A stretch of DNA of 64,000 nucleotides from Elusimicrobiota bacterium (GTDB taxonomy: Bacteria > Elusimicrobiota > Elusimicrobia > Elusimicrobiales > UBA9959). Below, piece after piece: positions 51,970 to 60,207 of this stretch. Location of the stretch: assembly GCA_029267355.1 (NCBI GenBank), contig JAJUJA010000003.1:22519-86518 (forward strand), in the 5' to 3' direction. Every line of letters begins with the position of its first letter. Within the stretch, counting starts at the first letter, position 1. A program made the translations under genes and the position numbers. The notes under the pieces were generated by a model. That model saw only the letters and a list, made by a program, of their open reading frames with translations, had not been told where the DNA came from and ran no database searches.

Positions 51970-54020
51970 AAAAAGCGATAATTTTGATCGTGTTTTCTTC
52001 CGCGGCTCTATGCGGAACTGACGAGTCTTACAGGGCATATTTCAACGCTTTGATAAATGAGAAAGAGGGCAAATATGAAAAGGCCCTTGAAGAATATGCC
52101 AAAGCGGCGCAATTGGATCCGGATCCTTACATATACAAGTCGGCCGTGAGGGCGGCCATGGCTTATGGAGATATCCCAAAAGCTCTCGAGTATTCGCGAA
52201 TTTCAGTGGAGAATGACTCCTCCAGCGCGCAGGCCTGGTATGAATACGGCAATGCCCTTTGGGCCGCAAATAAAAACGAAGAGGCGCAGAAGGCTTTTTT
52301 AAATGCCATAAAGATAGATGAAAATTATGCTGAGGCTTATTATCAGATAGCATCGCTGAACAATGCCGACCCGGTAAAAGCGATGTATTACCTTAATAAA
52401 CTGATTGAATTGCGGCCTGATTTGAAGGCGGACGCTTATATGAGAGCTGCGGAGATATACTACAATGCCAAAAATGTCGCCAAGGCTCTTGAATACCTTA
52501 AAAAATCAGCTCAGGCGGATGAATTCTATTCAAGGCCGAGGTATATGCTTGCTTTGTATTATGAGGATATTAAGGACTGGAATTCCGCCATATCAATGTA
52601 TAAGCAGATAGCGGCGGCTGAGCCCGAGAATCCCGATGCTTTTATAAAAATTGGAGAGCTGTATCTTTCCGGACTTGAGGACAGCCAGTCAGCCGAGAAG
52701 TATTTTTTGGCGGCCTACCGGGTTTCCCCAAAAAATCCGCAGGTTCTTTACTGGCTTTCGGTTCTGAGCGAAATGAAAAAAGATTTTGGGCAGGCCATGT
52801 TTTACGCCAGAGAGCTGGACAAATATGCGCCAAGCGCTTCAAACTCGATAAAAATAGGCTATTACCAGAGTTTCACAGGCGACATAAACGGCGCTATAGA
52901 CACGCTTCTGAAGGCGCATAAGAAATGGCCTGAAAATTATGAATTGCCATACTTCATCTCTCTCGGCTATGACGACTTGAAAGACAACAAGAAGGCCAGG
53001 TTCTACCTTGAGAAGGCGCTGTCTTTGAAACCGGATTATTCTCAGGCTCTTATGCAGCTGGGAGTTGTATGTGAAAGGCTGAATGATACGAAATGTTTCA
53101 AAAAAAGCTTTGAGAACTTAATAAAGAAAGAGCCTGATAATCATACGGCCTTGAACTATCTCGGCTATTCCCTGGCAGACAGGGGGCTTGAGCTTGATTT
53201 GGCTGAAAGCCTTGTGAAAAAAGCGCTGGAATATGAGCCCGAGAATGCGGCTTATCTTGATTCCATGGCCTGGGTCCTTTACAAGAAGAAAAAAAATGAT
53301 GAGGCCGCCGCTTACATAGAAAAATCCATAGCCCGCTATGGAGAAGATCCCGTTGTGCTTCTGCATGCCGGAGATATATACTCTTCTTTGGGCGAATATG
53401 AACAAGCGTGGAAAAACTATGCTCTTTCGGCGCTGATGACCCCGGACAAGAAAACGGCTTCAAGGGCGGCGGAGTCTTTCAAAAAAATTTCCGACAAGAA
53501 AATTTTTCTTTCCTTCTTATCGGAGAAATATGCGTATTCGCTTGCTCACGAGACGCCGTGTTATGCCAAATTCAACCTCCTGGGACGAAGTTTTTCAGCC
53601 GACTGCCATATATCCCTAAAGGAGAACGGAAAATTTTATTTCATCGTTTATGATCCGTTTATGTCGCCTTATTTCTATTTTTCTTTCGAAAAGGAAGATT
53701 TTAACATCAAGCTTCCCGATGAAATAAAAGAAAATCCGGCTGCGGCCGAAAAAATTTCCCAGGCGGCACGCATGCTGCGCTTTGTATTTTCGCCTGAGAT
53801 AGCCAATGCCGAAGGCTGGAAATATGCGGGCGGCAGATTTGAAAAAAACGGATATAAATCGTATTTGAACAGAGAAAAAAACTTTTTTGAAAAAATAAAT
53901 TCCGGAAGGATCAAGGTTTTTATTGAAAAAACATATTTAAACGGCAAAATAAAGATAAATAAACTGATGCTTAAAATGCCGGGAGTCAATGCTGAATTTT
54001 ACTTCAGGGAGCCGAAATGA
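51966..54020 (+). CDS. TPR-repeat protein with a C-terminal LolB/DUF4292-like beta-rich domain
   Basis: Signal-like N-terminus. At least 10 TPR-like units (e.g. AWYEYGNALWAANKNEEAQKAFLNAIKIDENYAEAY). The C-terminal ~170 aa are non-TPR (CYAKFNLLGRSFSADCHISLKENGKFYFIVYDPFMSPYFYF). The gene lies directly upstream of, and overlapping, ispE, the position of lolB in E. coli. Confidence 0.55.
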   Translation: MKKAIILIVFSSAALCGTDESYRAYFNALINEKEGKYEKALEEYAKAAQLDPDPYIYKSAVRAAMAYGDIPKALEYSRISVENDSSSAQAWYEYGNALWAANKNEEAQKAFLNAIKIDENYAEAYYQIASLNNADPVKAMYYLNKLIELRPDLKADAYMRAAEIYYNAKNVAKALEYLKKSAQADEFYSRPRYMLALYYEDIKDWNSAISMYKQIAAAEPENPDAFIKIGELYLSGLEDSQSAEKYFLAAYRVSPKNPQVLYWLSVLSEMKKDFGQAMFYARELDKYAPSASNSIKIGYYQSFTGDINGAIDTLLKAHKKWPENYELPYFISLGYDDLKDNKKARFYLEKALSLKPDYSQALMQLGVVCERLNDTKCFKKSFENLIKKEPDNHTALNYLGYSLADRGLELDLAESLVKKALEYEPENAAYLDSMAWVLYKKKKNDEAAAYIEKSIARYGEDPVVLLHAGDIYSSLGEYEQAWKNYALSALMTPDKKTASRAAESFKKISDKKIFLSFLSEKYAYSLAHETPCYAKFNLLGRSFSADCHISLKENGKFYFIVYDPFMSPYFYFSFEKEDFNIKLPDEIKENPAAAEKISQAARMLRFVFSPEIANAEGWKYAGGRFEKNGYKSYLNREKNFFEKINSGRIKVFIEKTYLNGKIKINKLMLKMPGVNAEFYFREPK

Positions 54021-54901
54021 AAACGAGAGCTTATGCCAAGCTTAATCTTTTTCTGGAGATAAAGAAAAGAAGAAAGGACGGGTATCACAATCTCCTCAGC
54101 CTTTTTTGTCTGACCAGCGTTCATGATGAAATAGAGGTAAGAAAAATCAAAAAGCCGGGGATAAGGCTTGAAATGAAAAATTTCGCCAATATAGACTCTC
54201 TGCCCGCCGAAAAAAATCTGGCCTATAAGGCGGCGCTGGCGTTTTGCGATAAATTTTCAAAAAAGCCCTGCTATGAAATAACGATAAAAAAGTTCATCCC
54301 TGCCGGCGCAGGCCTTGGCGGCGGGTCATCGGATTGCGCGGCGGTTTTGCGCTGCCTGGCCGATATGGAGAAAATTAATCTCAAAAGTGAAAAAAACAGG
54401 AAAAAATTATTTTCCCTGGCTTTGGAGCTGGGCGCTGACGTGCCTTTTTTTCTTTCCCGGGAAAGCGCAGCGGTCTGCTCTCTTAAAGGAGAAAAAATAA
54501 GGCCTTTAGCCGTAAATGCGCCTATGCCATATGCGCTGATAGTATGGCCGGACGCCTTTGTCTCCACTGCGGATGTTTACAGAAATCTTGTCATTGCTGC
54601 AGAAAAAGAGATAGAGAAAAAAAGCCTGCTTCTTAAAAGTTTTGAAAAGGCGCTGGTCGGCTCGAAGCCCGTTGATTTCTCAAAGTATCTTTTTAACAGG
54701 CTGGAAAGCCCCGCGTTCCGGCTGTCTCCTGCCGTAAAAAGAACCGCCGGCTTTTTGAAGGAAAAAACAGGCGGCAATGCTCTCATGACAGGGTCTGGCG
54801 GAGCTGTTTTTGCGCTTTCCTATGACAGGAAGCGGCTGATTGAGATAAAAGCCGCTCTTTCCCCTTTACATAAGTTTATTTTTTTGGCAAAATTTATCTG
54901 A
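54017..54901 (+). CDS. ispE: 4-diphosphocytidyl-2-C-methyl-D-erythritol kinase
   Basis: AYAKLNLFLEI and the IPAGAGLGGGSSDCAA GHMP kinase motif. Confidence 0.9.
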   Translation: MKTRAYAKLNLFLEIKKRRKDGYHNLLSLFCLTSVHDEIEVRKIKKPGIRLEMKNFANIDSLPAEKNLAYKAALAFCDKFSKKPCYEITIKKFIPAGAGLGGGSSDCAAVLRCLADMEKINLKSEKNRKKLFSLALELGADVPFFLSRESAAVCSLKGEKIRPLAVNAPMPYALIVWPDAFVSTADVYRNLVIAAEKEIEKKSLLLKSFEKALVGSKPVDFSKYLFNRLESPAFRLSPAVKRTAGFLKEKTGGNALMTGSGGAVFALSYDRKRLIEIKAALSPLHKFIFLAKFI

Positions 54902-54927
54902 AAGAGTTGAATTTTGGCTCTTTTTTA

Positions 54928-54955
54928 TTGCTTGCTGGCAGCCTCGTGGTATAAG
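54928..54955 (+). promoter_or_regulatory. Candidate sigma-70-type promoter for spoVG
   Basis: TTGCTT (54928-54933), 16-nt spacer, TATAAG (54950-54955), with TG at 54947-54948 (extended -10-like). It lies about 85 nt upstream of the spoVG ATG. Confidence 0.3.
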
Positions 54956-55040
54956 GTTCAGGCATAAACAGCCGCAGCCGTTTCCGTCGGGGGGTCTTGC
55001 AGGGGGTGCGCGGACCTGCTTTATCGCGCAAGGAGAGGTT

Positions 55041-55328
55041 ATGGAAATAACGGAAATAAGGATACATTTGCGAAATGAGGAGAGGCTGAAGGCTTTTGCC
55101 ACCGTCACCTTTGACTCTACTTTTGTCGTCCACAATATGAAAATAGTGAACGGCAATAAGGGCCTTATAGTGTGTATGCCGTCGAGAAAGATAAAGGACG
55201 GTACATACAAGGATATTGCCCATCCGATAAACAATGAGTTCAGAAGCAAGCTGGAAAGCGCCGTTATAAAAGAATATGAGAAGGCGCTGAAAGAGCAGGG
55301 CAATACTGCTGCTGCGCCTAAAAAGTAG
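55041..55328 (+). CDS. spoVG: SpoVG family protein
   Basis: MEITEIRIHLRNEERLKAFATVTFDSTFVVHNMKIVNGNKGLIVCMPSRK. AAGGAGAGG RBS. Confidence 0.9.
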   Translation: MEITEIRIHLRNEERLKAFATVTFDSTFVVHNMKIVNGNKGLIVCMPSRKIKDGTYKDIAHPINNEFRSKLESAVIKEYEKALKEQGNTAAAPKK

Positions 55329-55335
55329 ATTTAAT

Positions 55336-55406
55336 TCCCGGGTGGTGTAACGGTAACACAGCGCCCTTTGGAGGCGTTGTTCATGGTTCGAATCCATGCC
55401 CGGGAG
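55336..55406 (+). tRNA. tRNA-Gln (anticodon UUG), no encoded CCA
   Basis: Hand-folded cloverleaf. Acceptor TCCCGGG/CCCGGGA (U1-A72) with G73. D arm GTGT-AACGGTA-ACAC. Anticodon arm GCGCC-CTTTGGA-GGCGT. 4-nt variable loop. T arm CATGG-TTCGAAT-CCATG. Confidence 0.9.
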
Positions 55407-55464
55407 AACCGGGGCTTCCTGCTGAACTTTTCAATGTATTCGTGAAATTTTGTAGAATCTAATT

Positions 55465-56853
55465 ATGCCCCGGCAAAAAATTTCAGTTATAATTCTGGCT
55501 GCCGGTCTGGGCACCAGAATGAAGTCGCAACTCCCCAAAGTCCTTCACAAATTTGACAAAACGCCGATGATAATACGCTCCTTGAAGACGGCTTTGGCCC
55601 TTTCGCCTCAGTCCGTGACTGTAATAGTAGGCCATAAAGGCAAGCTTGTTAAGGCGGAAGTAACTTCATGGGCCGAAAAAAACAAAATATCCAGGCCTTT
55701 GTTTTTTGTATCTCAGAAAATGCTTAAAGGAAGCGGCAGGGCTGTGTTTGAAGCCTTTGAATCCAAAGCTTATAAAGGCGCTGTCCTTATTCTCTCTGGT
55801 GATGTTCCGCTCCTGCAGCCGTCCACCTTGAGAAAAATGCTGAATAAATTTCATAAGGAGAAAAGCGATTGCTGCGTTTTAACCTGCGATGTTCAGGATG
55901 CAAAAAGCTACGGCAGAATAATAAGAAATGAAAAAGGCTGTTTTGAGGATATAAGAGAGGCCTGCGATGCCGGCGATGAGGAACTTTCCATAAGGGAAAT
56001 AAACTCAGGGGTGTACGCTTTTTCGGCAAATTCTTTGAAAAAGGCTCTTAAAAAGCTCAAACCCCAGGGGCCGAAGAAAGAGTATTATCTTACCGACTGC
56101 GCCAGGATAATAAAGGAGAGCGGCGGCAGGGTTTCGTTGTTCAGAATAAATGATGAACTTGAAATATCCGGCGTAAATTCCAAGAAAGAGCTGTCAGCGC
56201 TTTATCTGGCTGCATGCAAAAGAAAATCAGATGAGCTATATGAGGCAGGCGTAAACATAATTGACCCTTCCTCAGCTTATTTTTCGCCTGACACGTTCAT
56301 AGGCGCAGACACGATAATTCATCCTCATGTGATAACAAAAGGCAGGGTCAGAATAGGCAAAAATTGTTCCGTGGGGCCCTATTGCGTGCTGGAAGATTGC
56401 GAGATAGGCGACAATAGTGAGATAAAGCCTTTTTCCTGCATATACTCAAGCAAGGCTCAGGAAAGCGTTTCTGTCGGCCCTTTTTCCCATTTGAGGCCTG
56501 AAACCTTTCTGGCCGCTAAGGCCAAGGTCGGAAATTTTTCGGAAGTCAAAAAATCAATCATAGGCCGCGGCTCCAAAGTGCCGCATTTGAGCTATATAGG
56601 CGATACGACCATGGGGGAAAAGGTTAATGTCGGGGCGGGAACCATAACATGCAATTATGACGGAGTCAACAAGAATAAGACTGTCATAGAAGATGCGGCG
56701 TTTATAGGTTCAAATACAAATCTGGTGGCGCCGGTAAGGGTTGGCAGAGGAGCTTTGATAGGGGCAGGCTCAACTATAACAGAAGACGTGCCGGCCGAGT
56801 CTTTAGCCTTGGCCCGCGCAAGGCAGGTAATAAAAAATAAGAGGTCAAAATGA
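55465..56853 (+). CDS. glmU: Bifunctional GlcNAc-1-P uridyltransferase / GlcN-1-P acetyltransferase
   Basis: VIILAAGLGTRMKSQLPKVLH and C-terminal hexapeptide repeats (GDTTMGEKVNVGAGTITCNYDG). Confidence 0.9.
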   Translation: MPRQKISVIILAAGLGTRMKSQLPKVLHKFDKTPMIIRSLKTALALSPQSVTVIVGHKGKLVKAEVTSWAEKNKISRPLFFVSQKMLKGSGRAVFEAFESKAYKGAVLILSGDVPLLQPSTLRKMLNKFHKEKSDCCVLTCDVQDAKSYGRIIRNEKGCFEDIREACDAGDEELSIREINSGVYAFSANSLKKALKKLKPQGPKKEYYLTDCARIIKESGGRVSLFRINDELEISGVNSKKELSALYLAACKRKSDELYEAGVNIIDPSSAYFSPDTFIGADTIIHPHVITKGRVRIGKNCSVGPYCVLEDCEIGDNSEIKPFSCIYSSKAQESVSVGPFSHLRPETFLAAKAKVGNFSEVKKSIIGRGSKVPHLSYIGDTTMGEKVNVGAGTITCNYDGVNKNKTVIEDAAFIGSNTNLVAPVRVGRGALIGAGSTITEDVPAESLALARARQVIKNKRSK

Positions 56854-57800
56854 GAGAATACTGGAAAAGCGGAACCATAAAGATTTTTTGCGGAAATTCA
56901 AATCCGGCTTTGGCCGTCAAAATATGCGAACACTTAGGCGTTCCTCTGAGCAGTTCAAGAGTTTCGCGTTTTGCCGACGGAGAAATAGACGCCCATATTC
57001 TTGAAAATGTGAGAGGCGCCGATTGCTACATAATTCAGTCAACCTGCAAACCGGTAAATGAAAATTTGATGGAGCTTTTGATAATGATGGATGCGCTTAG
57101 ACGCGCTTCAGCAGGGCGGATAACGGCGGTGATCCCCTACTACGGCTATGCCCGGGCCGACAGAAAACCTGCGCCGAGAGTCGCCATAACCGCAAAGCTT
57201 GTGGCAAATCTCATAACTGAAGCCGGAGCTGACAGGGTTATAACTGTGGATTTGCACGCCCCGCAGATACAGGGTTTCTTTGACATACCTTTGGATCACC
57301 TTTATGCAAGGCCTGTTATCTTGGAGTACATAAAAAATTCTAATCTTGAGAACGCTGTGGTTGTTTCTCCGGATGTTGGCAGCGTGGAGCGTTCAAGATC
57401 CTTTGCAAAGAGACTGGACCTCGGCCTTGTGATAATAGACAAAAGAAGGCCTAAGCCCAATCATGCCGAGGTTTTTAATGTCATAGGCTCGGTTGAGAAT
57501 ATGAACTGCCTTATATTCGACGACCTTGTTGATACTGCCGGGACTCTTACAGAAGTGGCAAAGACCATAAAAGAGCGCGGAGCTTCAAGAATAATAGCCT
57601 GCTGCACTCACGGGGTTTTGTCCGCAGATGCGCTGCAGAAGATAGATAAATCTCCCATAGAAGAGATAATTCTTACAGATACCATTGGAATTGACGCCTC
57701 AAAAAGTGCTAAAATAAAGGTTGTATCGGTTTCCGGCCTTTTGGCCGAAGCCATAAGAAGGAACCATTTGAGAGAATCCATAAGCGAGCTTTTCAACTAA
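56850..57800 (+). CDS. prs: Ribose-phosphate pyrophosphokinase
   Basis: FADGE, YYGYARADRK, and the DDLVDTAGT PRPP loop. Confidence 0.95.
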   Translation: MREYWKSGTIKIFCGNSNPALAVKICEHLGVPLSSSRVSRFADGEIDAHILENVRGADCYIIQSTCKPVNENLMELLIMMDALRRASAGRITAVIPYYGYARADRKPAPRVAITAKLVANLITEAGADRVITVDLHAPQIQGFFDIPLDHLYARPVILEYIKNSNLENAVVVSPDVGSVERSRSFAKRLDLGLVIIDKRRPKPNHAEVFNVIGSVENMNCLIFDDLVDTAGTLTEVAKTIKERGASRIIACCTHGVLSADALQKIDKSPIEEIILTDTIGIDASKSAKIKVVSVSGLLAEAIRRNHLRESISELFN

Positions 57801-57843
57801 AGCGGCTTTTGAAGGTTTTCTTTAATATAATTTCGGAGGAAGT

Positions 57844-58539
57844 ATGGAACAACTTTTGTTAAACGCTTTGACCAGGGAAAAAGCCGGAGTCAAAGGAAAA
57901 CTCAGCGCTTTGAGAAAAGAGGGCCGCATTCCTGCTGTGGTTTATGGCGCGGACAAAAACTCGCAGGCTGTTGAAGTAAACGAAAAAGAGTTTACGGCGA
58001 TAATGAAAAAGGGCCATAACGCTATAATAAAGATAAAGTACGGCGCGGCCGAAGACAGCGTCATAGTAAAGGAAATACAGAGGCATGTGGTGAGCGGCAA
58101 GATAATCCATGTTGATTTTTACAGAATTTCAATGAAGGAAAAGATAGAGGTTAAGGTGCCGCTTAAGTTTGTCGGAGAGGCCTACGGCGTAAAGACTCAG
58201 GGCGGACTTATAGAGCATGATATGAGAGAATTGACCGTGAGATGTCTGCCCGGAGATATACCTCATGAGATAACGGTAGATGTGACAAATCTGAAAATAG
58301 GAGACTCCATAAGGGTCAAAGATCTTAAGAGGGATAAGATAGAGATAAAGGAAGACGCCGAAAGGATAGTGGCCAGCGTTATTACAGCCAAGGAAGAGGT
58401 GGTGGAGAAGGCTGCTGCAACTCCTGAAGGCGCTCAGGAGCCTGAAGTTATAGCCAAAGGCAAGAAGGAAGAAGAAGGGGCGGAGGCTGCAAAAGATGCC
58501 AAACCCGCTTCCGATAAAAAGCCTGAAGCCAAGAAATAG
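57844..58539 (+). CDS. rplY: 50S ribosomal protein L25 / general stress protein Ctc (long form)
   Basis: RKEGRIPAVVYG, HVDFYRI, and an acidic/Lys-rich C-terminal tail. GGAGGAAG RBS. Confidence 0.85.
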   Translation: MEQLLLNALTREKAGVKGKLSALRKEGRIPAVVYGADKNSQAVEVNEKEFTAIMKKGHNAIIKIKYGAAEDSVIVKEIQRHVVSGKIIHVDFYRISMKEKIEVKVPLKFVGEAYGVKTQGGLIEHDMRELTVRCLPGDIPHEITVDVTNLKIGDSIRVKDLKRDKIEIKEDAERIVASVITAKEEVVEKAAATPEGAQEPEVIAKGKKEEEGAEAAKDAKPASDKKPEAKK

Positions 58540-58552
58540 GGCTTTTTCTTTC

Positions 58553-58586
58553 AGGGGCCGAAGTTTTGCTTCGGCCCCTTTTTTTT
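58553..58586 (+). terminator. Rho-independent terminator after ctc
   Basis: Perfect 11-bp stem AGGGGCCGAAG/CTTCGGCCCCT, 5-nt loop TTTTG, then TTTTTTT. Confidence 0.85.
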
Positions 58587-58599
58587 GTATCTTATTCAT

Positions 58600-59172
58600 A
58601 TGTCAGGAATATTCGCTTTTGCCGGTCTCGGCAATCCGGGAAGGGAGTATGAGAAAACAAGGCATAATGCCGGGTTTATGGCGGCTGACGAATTATCATT
58701 AAGACTGGAAACCGGCCCTTTTTCAATCTGGAAAAAAGAAATAGCCTTTTGCCGGAAAGAATTAAACGGAATAAAAATTTTCATTTTAAAGCCCATGACA
58801 TATATGAACAACTCAGGAGAGCCTCTGAAAAAATTCGCCTCTTTTCACGGATTTGGAATTGAGGATATAATGGTCATTTTTGACGATATTTCAATGGATT
58901 TCGGGAAATTGAGAATAAGGAAAGACGGGTCTGCTGGGGGACATAACGGAATGAAATCTGTAATTGAAAATTTCGGCAGCCAGTCTGTAAAAAGGCTGAA
59001 AATAGGAATAGGCCCTGCGGTTACCGGCCCCGGACTTAAAGATTTTGTGCTTTCAAATTTTTCAAAAGAGGAAAGTTTGAAACTGCCGGAGATTCTGAAA
59101 AAAGCCGCTGATGCCTGCATATTCAGTCTGGCTGAAGGCATTGAAAACGCTATGAACAGGTATAATCGATGA
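58600..59172 (+). CDS. pth: Peptidyl-tRNA hydrolase
   Basis: GLGNPGREYEKTRHNAGF and GGHNGMKS. The start is set to ATG 58600, since the track start at 58585 lies in the terminator T-run. Confidence 0.9.
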   Translation: MSGIFAFAGLGNPGREYEKTRHNAGFMAADELSLRLETGPFSIWKKEIAFCRKELNGIKIFILKPMTYMNNSGEPLKKFASFHGFGIEDIMVIFDDISMDFGKLRIRKDGSAGGHNGMKSVIENFGSQSVKRLKIGIGPAVTGPGLKDFVLSNFSKEESLKLPEILKKAADACIFSLAEGIENAMNRYNR

Positions 59173-59384
59173 TGCCGTACTTGAAACTGCTCCTTGGCCT
59201 TATTTTCTGCTTTCTGGGCTATTGTTATCTGTATAAGATTTCGGTGATATACAGAATAAACAGGGTCCTCAGGGAAACGCTTTTAAATGATTCTTACTGT
59301 GCTCTTGTAAAAGAAAAAGCAGCCCTGCTTTTTTGGCTGGCCGGGCTGCTTCTCTTATATATGGGTTTAACCGCTATACTCTAA
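59169..59384 (+). CDS. Small hypothetical membrane protein (71 aa, 2 TM)
   Basis: ATGA overlap with the pth stop. Two hydrophobic helices. No recognisable family. Confidence 0.4.
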   Translation: MMPYLKLLLGLIFCFLGYCYLYKISVIYRINRVLRETLLNDSYCALVKEKAALLFWLAGLLLLYMGLTAIL

Positions 59385-59581
59385 GCGCCTGACTCTTCGT
59401 CCAAAACTTTAACCTGCGTCCTTTTATGCGACTCGTTTGAAATCATAAAAAGCCACAGAAGTTTATCTGTTGAGTCCATAATGTTTTTCCAGTTGCTGCC
59501 GAGCTCAGGCTTGCCGTTTCTGGTCAAAGAGGAAACCTTGCCCTCTTTCTCATACTTTTTGTTTATTTCCTTCCATGTCAT
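59381..59581 (-). CDS. Hypothetical protein (66 aa)
   Basis: ORF only, with no recognisable motif. It is convergent with, and overlaps by 4 nt, the 71-aa ORF. Confidence 0.3.
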   Translation of the reverse strand: MTWKEINKKYEKEGKVSSLTRNGKPELGSNWKNIMDSTDKLLWLFMISNESHKRTQVKVLDEESGA

Positions 59582-59682
59582 ATGCCCCCCATATCCTCAA
59601 AGAAATTGTAGCAGATTTGACGGAAAATTTAAGTTTCTTAAGTCCAAAAGGAACATAGGTCCAAAGTCCCAGCGGCCGAAAA

Positions 59683-60093
59683 TCAGTTTTTTGAGTCCAT
59701 ATCAATTTTTTTCTCAGATGAGAGAAAAAATGTTTTTACTGGTTTTGAACTGTAAAAAGAGCCTTTTTCTTTTGACCCCACCATTCCGCTCATATTCATC
59801 TCGCCGGATATTTCAATTCTGCCTGTCGTTAATCCGGGAAGGAAGATATCACTGCGGGAAATCTTTGTTTTCAAGGGGAAAACAGGGTCTATGACTTTTT
59901 TCAGACCCACAGGGACTCCCTTTTCGTTTTTAACGCTTATCAAAAGGATATTATTCGGCGCAAAATATTCCTGCGCCGGCGCTGAAATGCTTATCTCAAG
60001 CGGAACCGAGAGGACAAATGAAAAAATATCGTTTTTTTTGTATAAAACAAGCGCCGCCGCGGCGATCATAATCAGGAGAAATTTTTTAGCCAT
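59683..60093 (-). CDS. Hypothetical exported protein (~136 aa)
   Basis: Signal/anchor MAKKFLLIMIAAAALVLY, then beta-rich sequence. The start is set at MAKKF (60093) rather than 60141. Confidence 0.4.
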   Translation of the reverse strand: MAKKFLLIMIAAAALVLYKKNDIFSFVLSVPLEISISAPAQEYFAPNNILLISVKNEKGVPVGLKKVIDPVFPLKTKISRSDIFLPGLTTGRIEISGEMNMSGMVGSKEKGSFYSSKPVKTFFLSSEKKIDMDSKN

Positions 60094-60207
60094 AAGCAAA
60101 GGTAAATCCTTATAAATATAAATTTTACAAAAATGTAACATAAATAAAACCTGCCCTCTTGTATAATAAAAATGTAAAAGCTGCAGCGGTCTTAAAGCGG
60201 AGAAAAT

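Noticed and set aside
54866-55397. Two minus-strand ORFs of 145 and 167 aa spanning the ispE-spoVG intergenic region, spoVG and the tRNA.
   Set aside because: They run antisense through a very well supported spoVG gene and a cloverleaf-perfect tRNA-Gln, and their translations have no family resemblance.
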